DNA of 64,000 bases from Bacteroidales bacterium (GTDB taxonomy: Bacteria; Bacteroidota; Bacteroidia; Bacteroidales; UBA932): assembly GCA_041652255.1 (NCBI GenBank), contig JBAZHT010000001.1:59881-123880 (forward strand). The letters run 5' to 3'. Made by a program: the position numbers and the translations under genes. The notes beneath the pieces are model-generated. The model saw nothing but the letters and a program-made list of their open reading frames with translations, was not told the origin of the DNA and made no database searches. Positions 1-8,717 of the stretch are shown piece by piece. Positions within the stretch are counted from its first letter, which is position 1. Every line of letters begins with the position of its first letter.

Positions 1-2
1 TT

Positions 3-386
3 ACTTTTTTACTGACAGACCAGATTTCCTCTTCCCTGATCAAGGAATGGGTTCAACGGATAAGACCCTGTCACGTTCCCGAATGGGAAGGCAAGATCCA
101 TTTACTTGAGGGTAAAGGAGGACTTTACTCTTTCGTCTCATCCCATGCAGCAAATGTTTTTGGATTAACGGCTTTCACAAGTCTGGTGTACCGAAAAAAA
201 TGGTACACAATAATTCTATTTCTGTGGGCTGTTCTGGTTTCTTACAGCCGGATCTACGTTGGCAAACATTTTCCGGCGGATGTCATATGCGGAGCTCTGA
301 TCGGAATGCTGCTGGGATGGATTGTATACAAGATCTATTCCTTTGTCATTACAAAAATGGAAAAACATGCGCTGCCTGATAGATAA
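3..386 (+). CDS. PAP2-family lipid phosphatase (phosphatidic acid / undecaprenyl-diphosphate phosphatase-like), 5'-truncated by window edge
   Basis: The frame is open from the window edge. Translation shows the three PAP2 motifs in order: KEWVQRIRP, SFVSSHA and SRIYVGKHFPADV. A hydrophobic C-terminus follows. The N-terminus lies upstream of the window. Confidence 0.8.
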   Translation, partial: TFLLTDQISSSLIKEWVQRIRPCHVPEWEGKIHLLEGKGGLYSFVSSHAANVFGLTAFTSLVYRKKWYTIILFLWAVLVSYSRIYVGKHFPADVICGALIGMLLGWIVYKIYSFVITKMEKHALPDR

Positions 387-1353
387 TACAACAGATCCTT
401 ACTGGAACCTGGCTGTAGAAGAATATTTACTGACCCGTTTGCAAGTACCCGTTTTCCGGCTGTGGAGAAATGCGCCTGCTATCATCGTTGGACGCAACCA
501 ACATACCCGGTCAGAGATCAACAGCGAGTATGTTCGGGAAAACAATATTGCCGTAGTTCGCAGGCTCAGCGGAGGAGGTGCGGTATTTCATGACCTGGGC
601 AATATCAATTATACCTTCGTAGACCGCTATTCTCCCGGGACGGATACATCGGAAATCTTTGCGCGGTTTACCCAACCCATCCTGGATGTACTGCATACAC
701 TGGGAGTTAATGCCCGCCTGGAGGGGAGAAACGATCTGGTAATAGATGGCCGTAAGTTTTCCGGTAATGCCATCGCACTCCATAAAAACCGTATTCTGAT
801 GCACGGGACCCTGCTGTTCAGTGCATCTATGAAAGACCTGTCTCTTGCCCTGAAAACAAAAGTACGTGAAAAAGCACGCGGTGTACCCAGTAATCCCCGT
901 GCAGTATGTAACATTTCTGAATACCTGACGCAAAAAACGGACGCCGCAGGATTCCTGGACATTCTAAAAAAACATATTACCGGGAATCCCGGAAATACTT
1001 ACAAAGATGAACCGTTAAGCGAACCGGAACAGAAGGTCATTCGTGAATTGTGTGACAGTAAATACAAGACAGATTCCTGGAATTACGGAAAAGACGCGGA
1101 ATACAGTACTGTACGTAAAAACCGGTTTTCTGGAGGCAATATGGAAATACTCCTGAATGTACGCAAAGGATTTATAGAAGAAGTAAAAATATACGGGGAT
1201 TATTTTTTCCTGGCTCCCACCCGGGATATTGAAGAAGCCCTGACAGGATGTCCCTATACAAAAGAAGCCATTCTGGAAAAACTAAAAAACTTCCGGATGG
1301 AAGATTACTTTCGCAACATCCCTCCGGAAAATTTTATAGAATTACTGCTCTGA
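367..1353 (+). CDS. lplA: lipoate-protein ligase A
   Basis: 329 aa counted from ATG 367; the ORF-track start at 322 would overlap the upstream gene further. The [15 protein letters not shown] ligase motif and the overall LplA-like layout are present. The 3' end overlaps the convergent mutB by 12 nt. Confidence 0.88.
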   Translation: MRCLIDNTTDPYWNLAVEEYLLTRLQVPVFRLWRNAPAIIVGRNQHTRSEINSEYVRENNIAVVRRLSGGGAVFHDLGNINYTFVDRYSPGTDTSEIFARFTQPILDVLHTLGVNARLEGRNDLVIDGRKFSGNAIALHKNRILMHGTLLFSASMKDLSLALKTKVREKARGVPSNPRAVCNISEYLTQKTDAAGFLDILKKHITGNPGNTYKDEPLSEPEQKVIRELCDSKYKTDSWNYGKDAEYSTVRKNRFSGGNMEILLNVRKGFIEEVKIYGDYFFLAPTRDIEEALTGCPYTKEAILEKLKNFRMEDYFRNIPPENFIELLL

Positions 1354-3378
1354 TTGCTGTTCCAGCAGTTCCAACATTCTTACCGCACATACTGAGACCG
1401 GGGTTCCGGGACCGAAAACGGCCACTGCTCCCGAATCATACAACTCCCGGTAATCCTGAGCCGGGATAACGCCGCCTACTATTACCAGAATGTCTTCGCG
1501 TCCCAGTTCTTTCAGTGCATGAACCACTTGGGGAACCAACGTTTTATGTCCTGCTGCCAATGAAGACACGCCCAGGATGTGGACGTCGTTTTCCACGGCC
1601 TGTCGGGCTGCTTCTTCCGGAGTCTGGAACAAAGGCCCCATGTCTACGTCAAAACCGATGTCGGCGTAACCGGTAGCCACTACTTTGGCCCCGCGGTCGT
1701 GTCCGTCCTGTCCCAGTTTGGCTATCATGATGCGCGGTTGGCGACCTTCACGTTCAGCAAAACGAGTTGCCATTTCCCTGGCTTTTGTAAATTGGGCATC
1801 GTCTTTTACTTCAGATAAATAAACTCCCTTGTTCATACGTATTACTGCTTTATATCGTCCTGTCACTTTTTCGCAGGCGTCGGATATTTCGCCTAAAGTG
1901 GCCCTGTTACGGGCTGCCTCAACAGCCAGTTCCAACAAATTCCCTGACTTATTACGGGCAGCACGGGTGAGTGCTTCCAGGGAAGCATCCACTTTTGAGG
2001 AATCCCTGTTTTTTCGCAATGTTTCCAGCCGGGCTATCTGTGAAAGACGCACTTTGGTATTGTCCACATCCAGTATTTCAATGGGGTCTTCTTTCTCCAG
2101 CCGGTATTTGTTAACACCCACCAAAACATCCATACCGGAATCAATACGAGCCTGTGTACGGGCTGCCGCCTCTTCTATCCTCAGTTTTGGAATACCTGTT
2201 TCTATGGCTTTGGCCATACCGCCCAGTTCTTCGATCTCCTGTATGAGTTCCCATGCATCGTGAGCGATCTTGTGGGTCAAAGATTCCACGTAATACGATC
2301 CTGCCCAGGGATCTATGCTGCGGCATATTTCCGTCTCGTCCTGCAGGTACAACTGGGTATTCCGGGCGATCCTTGCCGAGAAGTCCGTGGGAAGGGCGAT
2401 GGCCTCGTCCAATGCGTTGGTATGCAGACTCTGCGTGTGTCCCAGAGCTGCAGCCATAGCTTCGATGCAGGTCCTGGAGACGTTGTTGAACGGATCCTGC
2501 TCGGTCAGGGACCACCCCGAGGTCTGGCAATGCGTTCTCAAAGACAATGATTTGGGATTTTTTGGATTGAACCCTTTGACGATCTTGGCCCAGAGCATCC
2601 GGGCAGCGCGCATTTTGGCAATTTCCTTAAAGTGGTCCATTCCAATGGCCCAAAAGAAAGATATCCTGGGTGCAAATGCGTCAATATCCATACCTGCTTT
2701 CACTCCTGTACGCAGGTATTCCAACCCGTCGGCAAGCGTGTAGGCCATTTCAATTTCACTGGTAGCCCCCGCTTCCTGCATATGGTACCCCGATATGGAA
2801 ATGGAATTGAAACGGGGCATGTTGTGTGAAGTATACGCAAAAATATCGCCTATGATACGCATGGAAAAATCGGGCGGATATATATACGTGTTACGGACCA
2901 TAAATTCTTTGAGAATATCATTCTGTATGGTACCCGTTAACTCGGTAAGACCGGCGCCCTGTTCCTGCCCGGCAACAATATAAAAAGCCAGTATGGGCAA
3001 CACCGCTCCGTTCATGGTCATGGACACGGACATTTTGTTCAGGGGGATCTGGTCAAACAGCACCTTCATGTCCTCAACGGAACAGATACTTACACCTGCC
3101 TTACCCACATCTCCCACTACACGGGGATGATCGGCATCATACCCGCGGTGTGTGGCCAGGTCAAAAGCCACGGAAAGCCCTTTTTGTCCGGCAGCCAGGT
3201 TTCTGCGATAGAATGCATTTGATTCTTCAGCCGTGGAAAAGCCGGCATATTGCCTTATTGTCCAGGGTTTTTGCACATACATGGTACTGTAAGGTCCCCT
3301 GAGATATGGAGGGATCCCTGCAGCATATTGCAGGTGTTCCATGTTTTCAAGATCTGCGGCTGTATAATATTTTTTCAT
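1342..3378 (-). CDS. mutB: methylmalonyl-CoA mutase, large (catalytic, B12-binding) subunit
   Basis: 678 aa. A mutase barrel domain is followed by a C-terminal cobalamin-binding domain with the DxHxxG motif ([12 protein letters not shown]). The ATG overlaps the mutA stop (ATGA at 3375-3378). Confidence 0.93.
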   Translation of the reverse strand: MKKYYTAADLENMEHLQYAAGIPPYLRGPYSTMYVQKPWTIRQYAGFSTAEESNAFYRRNLAAGQKGLSVAFDLATHRGYDADHPRVVGDVGKAGVSICSVEDMKVLFDQIPLNKMSVSMTMNGAVLPILAFYIVAGQEQGAGLTELTGTIQNDILKEFMVRNTYIYPPDFSMRIIGDIFAYTSHNMPRFNSISISGYHMQEAGATSEIEMAYTLADGLEYLRTGVKAGMDIDAFAPRISFFWAIGMDHFKEIAKMRAARMLWAKIVKGFNPKNPKSLSLRTHCQTSGWSLTEQDPFNNVSRTCIEAMAAALGHTQSLHTNALDEAIALPTDFSARIARNTQLYLQDETEICRSIDPWAGSYYVESLTHKIAHDAWELIQEIEELGGMAKAIETGIPKLRIEEAAARTQARIDSGMDVLVGVNKYRLEKEDPIEILDVDNTKVRLSQIARLETLRKNRDSSKVDASLEALTRAARNKSGNLLELAVEAARNRATLGEISDACEKVTGRYKAVIRMNKGVYLSEVKDDAQFTKAREMATRFAEREGRQPRIMIAKLGQDGHDRGAKVVATGYADIGFDVDMGPLFQTPEEAARQAVENDVHILGVSSLAAGHKTLVPQVVHALKELGREDILVIVGGVIPAQDYRELYDSGAVAVFGPGTPVSVCAVRMLELLEQQSEQ

Positions 3379-5186
3379 AATTCCATCTCTTTATGGTATT
3401 GAAGAAGTGTTTCAAGCACATTGCTTCTCAAACTGATGAAATGTGTGACCCCTTCTTTGATGAGTTCTTCTTTACAGGCCGGGTCTCCGGCAACGGTCAG
3501 TATGATGTTGTCTCCCAGAGTACGGGCTATGAGCGGCACCGCCCCGCAGTATTCTTCATCGGACGAGCAGGCCACCACAATACGGGCACCGGAGCGGACA
3601 GCTGCCTGTATGCCTTCCTCCAGCGAGGCAAAATGGTTGTTATCAATGATCCTGTAACCGGCAACACCAAAGAAATTGGCAGAAAACTGTGCCCTTGCCC
3701 GGCACATGGCCAGGTTACCAAACGTGAGCAGGAAAACTTGAGGGGTTTTAAAGGCTTTGTCAGTTTGTAACCGTAGTTTTTCAAATGGGGCTGCTGCGCG
3801 CATCCATTGTTCTGCTGTTGCTTCTGACAGTTCTTTAGGAGCTTTAACACCGGAATCCGAATACTGGTTAATTCCTACCAGGATCTCTTTGCGGGAAGCC
3901 AGGCTTTTCAGGGAACGTTCCCGGGCATCGCGTATCGTTTCAGACACCCATTCCCTGCCGGTTTTAGAAGAAAAACCTCCTTTTTCCATCAGTTGGTGAT
4001 AGATTTTTTCCGATTCTGCCAGAATAGATTTTGTCAGGTTTTCAACATAATACGATCCGGCAGCGGGATCTGTAACCCGCTCAAAATGTGCCTCTTCTTT
4101 TAAAATGATCTGTATATTCCTGGCCAGGCGATCGCTGAAATCATTGCCTTCCCTGATCACACGGTCAAACGGGGTCACTTCCAGGGAATCTACCCCGGCA
4201 ATGGCTGCCGACATAGCTTGTGTAGTACCCCTGAGCAGATTTACATACATATCGTAAGCCGTCTGGTTCCAGAAATTGGTGGTGGCATGCAGCCGGATCT
4301 TCTGATCTTCCGGTTCTTTGATCCCCTGTTCTTCCGCAATCCTGCTCCAGAAGACCCTGGCAGCACGGAATTTTGCTATCTCCAGAAAATAATGGGATCC
4401 AATGCCTGTGTGAAAATGAATGGAACGTATAGCCATTGACTGATCCATGCCTTTTTCCTTTAGTATCCGGATATACTCATTGCCCATTGCCATGGAAAAG
4501 GCCAGCTCCTGGACAATACCGGAACCGTTGTTCCTGTAATCATATCCCCTGATGCATGTTACACGGATATGCGGATATTCGCTGCAATTTTCTATAAGTG
4601 TTTTTAATACATCCAGTGATTCCCCGGACGGGTTCTGACCGCAGGAATAAGCCTCGCCCAGCGGATTGAATTCAAAACGCGCCCTGACCTGAAAAGGATC
4701 AATACATTTTGTTTTTATGTAGTTTAAAAAAGCATTCAGTACCTGCGGTTTTTCACAGGAAACGCCTTCAAAGGAGATTTCCACGGCCGGCAGAAATACA
4801 CCTTTCAGAATCACCTCCAGGTCTTTCTCTGCATAATCCTTCTTTTTGTCCAGGCGAAATCCTATGGATTCCACGCCCCTGTCCAAAGCATTGAGGACCC
4901 GTTCATTGAGTCGCTCAAGGGATCCCTTTACCGTAAAACCCTGACGAATGAGCCAGTTATTGTCAGGTCGGGTCCCACGAAGAAACGGGTGCTGTCCGGG
5001 AACCGTATCCAGATATGGAATCTCTTTCAGGTCCTCATCCCTGAAATACGGCCGTACGGAAAATCCCTCGGAAGTTCTCCAGACCAGTTTTCTGTCGTAA
5101 TCGGCGCCTTTTAGATCTTTATGGATCTGTTCTTCCCACTGCCGGGTAGAGACCGGTGGAAAATCATTGAACAATTTTTCTGTCAT
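3375..5186 (-). CDS. mutA: methylmalonyl-CoA mutase, small (beta) subunit
   Basis: 603 aa. It is a paralogue of the mutase large chain but lacks the DxHxxG B12 motif. It sits directly upstream of mutB and is translationally coupled to it. Confidence 0.85.
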   Translation of the reverse strand: MTEKLFNDFPPVSTRQWEEQIHKDLKGADYDRKLVWRTSEGFSVRPYFRDEDLKEIPYLDTVPGQHPFLRGTRPDNNWLIRQGFTVKGSLERLNERVLNALDRGVESIGFRLDKKKDYAEKDLEVILKGVFLPAVEISFEGVSCEKPQVLNAFLNYIKTKCIDPFQVRARFEFNPLGEAYSCGQNPSGESLDVLKTLIENCSEYPHIRVTCIRGYDYRNNGSGIVQELAFSMAMGNEYIRILKEKGMDQSMAIRSIHFHTGIGSHYFLEIAKFRAARVFWSRIAEEQGIKEPEDQKIRLHATTNFWNQTAYDMYVNLLRGTTQAMSAAIAGVDSLEVTPFDRVIREGNDFSDRLARNIQIILKEEAHFERVTDPAAGSYYVENLTKSILAESEKIYHQLMEKGGFSSKTGREWVSETIRDARERSLKSLASRKEILVGINQYSDSGVKAPKELSEATAEQWMRAAAPFEKLRLQTDKAFKTPQVFLLTFGNLAMCRARAQFSANFFGVAGYRIIDNNHFASLEEGIQAAVRSGARIVVACSSDEEYCGAVPLIARTLGDNIILTVAGDPACKEELIKEGVTHFISLRSNVLETLLQYHKEMEL

Positions 5187-5207
5187 ATTATGTGTTTTGG
5201 ATAAATA

Positions 5208-7184
5208 TCAGTCAAATGCATTCAAGGTACCGGGATCAGCCAGAGAAGGCACGGTAACCTTCAGTAACGGTTCTTCCTGCATAGCCCGTTCCAGGGCTGC
5301 CAGTGCTCCCGGGTTTCTGGCCCATGCCCTTCTGGCGATCCCGTTGTGCACGTCCCAGTATAACATGTTTTTAATACGTCTGTCGGCATCCTGACTACCG
5401 TCAATGACCAGTCCAAAGCCACCGTTAATGACTTCTCCCCAGCCGACGCCTCCCCCGTTATGCAAAGAAACCCAGGTAGCTCCGCGGAATGCGTCTCCTA
5501 TTACATTGTGCACGGCCATATCAGCCGTGAGATTAGACCCGTCGTAAATATTGGAAGTTTCCCGGAACGGGGAATCGGTGCCGGAAACGTCGTGGTGGTC
5601 GCGGCCCAGTACAATGGGGGCTTTTATACGACCCTCCCGGATGGCCCGGTTTATTTCCAGGGCTATTCGAATCCGGCCCTGTGCATCGGCGTAGAGGATC
5701 CGCGCCAGGGATCCTACCACCAGGTTATTCCCTTCCGCCTGTTGTATCCAATGCAGGTTGTCCAGCATCTGGTTTCGTATATTGTCCGGTGCCTTACGGG
5801 CCAAATCCTCCAGAACCTCAGCGGCTATGGTATCGGTCACACGTAGATCTTCCGGTAACGAAGACGTACATACCCAGCGAAAAGGTCCGAACCCGTAGTC
5901 AAAAAACAACGGACCCATTATATCCTGTACATAAGAAGGGTATCTGAATTTGCCGCCTTCATCCAGGATATCGGCTCCCGCCCGGGAAGCTTCCAAGAGG
6001 AAGGCATTGCCGTAATCAAAGAAATACATACCTCTTAGGGCCAGTTTGTTTATGGCAGAGACCTGGCGTATGAGACTTTTTTGCACGGCTTCTTCAAAAC
6101 GTTCCGGATCGTTGGCTATCATATCTGCGGATTCTTCCAGTGTATAACCCACAGGATAATACCCGCCCGAGTAAGGATTGTGCAAACTGGTCTGGTCCGA
6201 TCCCAGTTCTACAGATATACCGGATCTCTCCAGGTGTTCCCACAGATCTACCACGTTGCCCTGGTAAGCCAGGGAAACCGCCTCCCCGTTTTCCTTCGCT
6301 TTGCGGATACGGGCGATTAGTGTTTCCAGGTTGTCGTACACTTCATCTACCCATCCCTGCCGGTATCTCTTTTGCGTAGCCTTTGGATCGATCTCGGCAA
6401 CAACACCCACGACACCGGCAATCCGCGCCGCTTTTGGCTGGGCACCCGACATTCCTCCCAGACCGCTGGATACAAAAAGAAGGGATCCTTTGTGGCCGGG
6501 ATGGCGCATTCTGGCGGCATTCATGATGGTTATGGTAGTTCCGTGGACAATTCCCTGTGGGCCTATGTACATAAAAGAACCGGCCGTCATTTGTCCGTAC
6601 TGGGAAACTCCCAGTGCGTTGAGTTTTTCCCAGTCATCCCTGGAAGAATAATTGGGAATGACCATACCGTTTGTGATCACCAGCCTGGGAGCGTCCTTTG
6701 AAGAAGGGAACAGACCCAGGGGGTGGCCCGAATAAAGAACAAGCGTTTGTTCTTCTGTCATCTCTGACAAATACTTCATGGTAAGGCGGTATTGCGCCCA
6801 GTTCTGGAATACGGCCCCGTTTCCCCCGTAAGTAATAAGCTCGTGGGGATGCTGGGCCACCGCCACATCCAAATTGTTGTTGATCATCAACATAATGGCT
6901 GCAGCCTGATGACATTTTGCCGGATAATCGTTTATGCTTCCGGCCGAGAGGGATTCATCGGGCCTGTAGCGATACATATATATACGTCCGTACTGTTTCA
7001 GTTCCCGGGCAAATTCGGGAGCCAGTTCAGCATGCTGCCCTTCCGGAAAATAGCGAAGGGCATTGGCCAGCGCCAGTTTTTTCTCTTCTGTGGTAAGAAT
7101 GTCTTTCCTTACCGGAGCATGACTGACACCCTTATCCAAAGGTTTTTCCGGCGGGATCCGGGAAGGGATACCTTCAAGTCTCAT
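5208..7184 (-). CDS. hutU: urocanate hydratase (long-form urocanase)
   Basis: 658 aa. The urocanase-typical NAD-binding segment GLGGMSGAQP is present, with extensive conserved blocks such as ITYGGNG and GPLFFDYGFGPFRW. Confidence 0.92.
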   Translation of the reverse strand: MRLEGIPSRIPPEKPLDKGVSHAPVRKDILTTEEKKLALANALRYFPEGQHAELAPEFARELKQYGRIYMYRYRPDESLSAGSINDYPAKCHQAAAIMLMINNNLDVAVAQHPHELITYGGNGAVFQNWAQYRLTMKYLSEMTEEQTLVLYSGHPLGLFPSSKDAPRLVITNGMVIPNYSSRDDWEKLNALGVSQYGQMTAGSFMYIGPQGIVHGTTITIMNAARMRHPGHKGSLLFVSSGLGGMSGAQPKAARIAGVVGVVAEIDPKATQKRYRQGWVDEVYDNLETLIARIRKAKENGEAVSLAYQGNVVDLWEHLERSGISVELGSDQTSLHNPYSGGYYPVGYTLEESADMIANDPERFEEAVQKSLIRQVSAINKLALRGMYFFDYGNAFLLEASRAGADILDEGGKFRYPSYVQDIMGPLFFDYGFGPFRWVCTSSLPEDLRVTDTIAAEVLEDLARKAPDNIRNQMLDNLHWIQQAEGNNLVVGSLARILYADAQGRIRIALEINRAIREGRIKAPIVLGRDHHDVSGTDSPFRETSNIYDGSNLTADMAVHNVIGDAFRGATWVSLHNGGGVGWGEVINGGFGLVIDGSQDADRRIKNMLYWDVHNGIARRAWARNPGALAALERAMQEEPLLKVTVPSLADPGTLNAFD

Positions 7185-7214
7185 GATTTGAAAGAAATAT
7201 TTAATATTTGCTCA

Positions 7215-7222
7215 CAAATATA
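7215..7222 (-). promoter_or_regulatory. Bacteroidota sigma-A type -7 box (TAtaTTTG on minus strand) for hutU-mutA-mutB
   Basis: Plus-strand caaatata is the reverse complement of tatatttg, a perfect TAnnTTTG match. It lies 30 nt upstream of the hutU ATG. Confidence 0.5.
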
Positions 7223-7232
7223 CAGGTTACGC

Positions 7233-7262
7233 TTTGATTTTCCATTTTTTTATCTACTTTTG
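7233..7262 (+). promoter_or_regulatory. Bacteroidota promoter for rpsU (-33 TTTG at 7233-7236, -7 TAcTTTTG at 7255-7262)
   Basis: Both consensus elements are present, with an 18-nt spacer between TTTG and TA. The promoter sits 32 nt upstream of the rpsU ATG. Confidence 0.6.
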
Positions 7263-7274
7263 CACCCCGTAACA

Positions 7275-7284
7275 AAAGGAGGTG
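7275..7284 (+). promoter_or_regulatory. extended Shine-Dalgarno AAAGGAGGTG upstream of rpsU
   Basis: 10 nt complementary to the canonical 16S 3' tail (CACCUCCUUU), located 9 nt upstream of ATG 7294. See findings. Confidence 0.7.
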
Positions 7285-7293
7285 TCTGTAAAT

Positions 7294-7485
7294 ATGATCA
7301 TTGTACCGATTAAGGAAGGCGAAAACATAGAACGTGCTTTAAAGAAATTCAAACGCAAATTTGAAAAAACCGGGATCGTACGCGAGCTCAGGGGCCGTCA
7401 GTCTTTCACCAAACCTTCTGTTACCAGGAGAGAGCAAAAGAAGAAAGCGATATACAAAGAACACTTACAAAATAACGAGGAGTAA
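7294..7485 (+). CDS. rpsU: 30S ribosomal protein S21 (bS21)
   Basis: 63 aa from ATG 7294 (MIIVPIKEGENIERALKKFKRKFEKTGI...), the typical bS21 N-terminus. The GTG at 7282 in the ORF track lies inside the SD and is rejected as the start. Confidence 0.93.
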   Translation: MIIVPIKEGENIERALKKFKRKFEKTGIVRELRGRQSFTKPSVTRREQKKKAIYKEHLQNNEE

Positions 7486-7499
7486 TCCTCGTTTTTTTT
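7474..7499 (+). terminator. rho-independent terminator of rpsU
   Basis: An 8-bp stem (aacgagga 7474-7481 with tcctcgtt 7486-7493) encloses the loop gtaa, which contains the rpsU stop codon. A T-run follows to 7499. Confidence 0.75.
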
Positions 7500-7500
7500 G

Positions 7501-7508
7501 TATATTTG
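7501..7508 (+). promoter_or_regulatory. -7 box TAtaTTTG immediately upstream of the xerC-like gene
   Basis: Perfect TAnnTTTG match. ATG codons at 7512 and 7515 lie only 3-6 nt downstream, which predicts a leaderless or near-leaderless mRNA. Confidence 0.45.
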
Positions 7509-7511
7509 CGT

Positions 7512-8375
7512 ATGATGGAAAGGAGTGAATTCATAGACTTCCTGAGGGTACAAAAACGTTATTCCGAACGCACCCAATCCATTTATGATCAAGCAATTAA
7601 AGACTTTTATAAATTCATGGATTTTCAGGCGGAAGAGAATCCCATGGAATTGGTGACACTGACTTCCCTGAGGGCCTACACGGGGTCACTGCTGGAGCAG
7701 GGTCTGAGTACTTCCACCGTATACCAGCGGTTGTCTGCATTAAGCTCTTTTTGCAACTACCTGGTCAAAAAAGAAAAACTCAGGGACAATCCCCTGAAAT
7801 TGCTGATCCGCCCCAAAAAAGGACGCAGGATTCCGGAATTTTATTCCCAGACAAGTATCAATGCATGGATAGATCATAAAGAAAATTCACCTACTCCTGT
7901 ATCGGTTATGATCCATTTGCTGTATGCCACAGGTATCCGACGTGCTGAACTGGCCGGAATACGTGTTCGGGACATGGATTTTGAACGTTCCCTGCTCCGG
8001 GTGCGGGGAAAAGGAAATAAAGAAAGGGATGTTCCGCTTAGTGAAGAAATGGTCCGGGATTTGCAACGCTTCCTGGAAGAAAGAGAGGTGCCGTCTCCGT
8101 GGCTTTTCAGCCGGAAAAACGGAGATCAACTGGCACTGACAACAATTAGTAAAATGGTACACAAAGAATTAGCGCGTGAACCTGCATTCACAGGGAAAAA
8201 AAGCCCGCACGTGCTGCGTCATTCGCTGGCAACCCATTTGCTCAACAGAGGGGCGGATCTGAACAGCATTAAGGAATTGCTGGGTCACACATCCCTTGCC
8301 GCTACACAGGTGTACACACATAATTCTTTTGAAGTATTGAAAAAAGCATACAAAAAGGCTCATCCAAGGGCATAA
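7512..8375 (+). CDS. xerC: tyrosine site-specific recombinase, XerC/XerD family (chromosomal)
   Basis: About 287 aa. The catalytic residues are arranged as in Xer recombinases: ATGIRRAEL (R), HVLRHSLATH (HxxR), LLGH and QVYTH (Y). It sits in the conserved rpsU-xer-hpf housekeeping context. The start is ambiguous (7506 TTG, 7512 ATG or 7515 ATG). Confidence 0.8.
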   Translation: MMERSEFIDFLRVQKRYSERTQSIYDQAIKDFYKFMDFQAEENPMELVTLTSLRAYTGSLLEQGLSTSTVYQRLSALSSFCNYLVKKEKLRDNPLKLLIRPKKGRRIPEFYSQTSINAWIDHKENSPTPVSVMIHLLYATGIRRAELAGIRVRDMDFERSLLRVRGKGNKERDVPLSEEMVRDLQRFLEEREVPSPWLFSRKNGDQLALTTISKMVHKELAREPAFTGKKSPHVLRHSLATHLLNRGADLNSIKELLGHTSLAATQVYTHNSFEVLKKAYKKAHPRA

Positions 8376-8409
8376 AGCCCGGTAAGCCAATTTATTAACA
8401 ATATAAAAT

Positions 8410-8415
8410 GGAGGT
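8410..8415 (+). promoter_or_regulatory. Shine-Dalgarno GGAGGT upstream of hpf
   Basis: The canonical SD core lies in the intergenic gap, 5 nt before ATG 8421. Confidence 0.55.
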
Positions 8416-8420
8416 ATATC

Positions 8421-8714
8421 ATGGACATTAAGGTTGAATCCGTCAAATTTGATGCAGACAGGAAATTGCTTGATTTTATACATGAAAAAGTAGGGAAGCT
8501 GGATAGATTCTTTGATGCCATTATAGGAACAGAGGTGACACTCTCCCTGGTACCCGGCCACGATAATAAAAAAGCCACCATTCGTGTAAAAGTACCCGGT
8601 AACGATCTGATCGCGGAACGCACTTGTCCGACTTTTGAAGAAGCCGTAGCTACAAGTGTGGATATATTAAAAGAAAACCTTGTTAAAACGAAAGAGAGAA
8701 TGCGGGGAGTCTAG
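8421..8714 (+). CDS. hpf: ribosome hibernation promoting factor / RaiA (short form, S30AE family)
   Basis: 97 aa. The sequence MDIKVESVKFDADRKLLDFIHEKVGKLDRFF... matches the sigma-54 modulation / S30AE fold pattern. No C-terminal dimerisation domain is present. Confidence 0.85.
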   Translation: MDIKVESVKFDADRKLLDFIHEKVGKLDRFFDAIIGTEVTLSLVPGHDNKKATIRVKVPGNDLIAERTCPTFEEAVATSVDILKENLVKTKERMRGV

Positions 8715-8717
8715 TTC

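Noticed and set aside
7512-8375. A tyrosine recombinase, considered as a possible marker of an integrated mobile element.
   Set aside because: No flanking direct or inverted repeats are present, and there are no cargo, excisionase or tRNA-attachment features. The gene sits in the conserved housekeeping rpsU-xer-hpf context and looks like a chromosomal Xer dimer-resolution enzyme.
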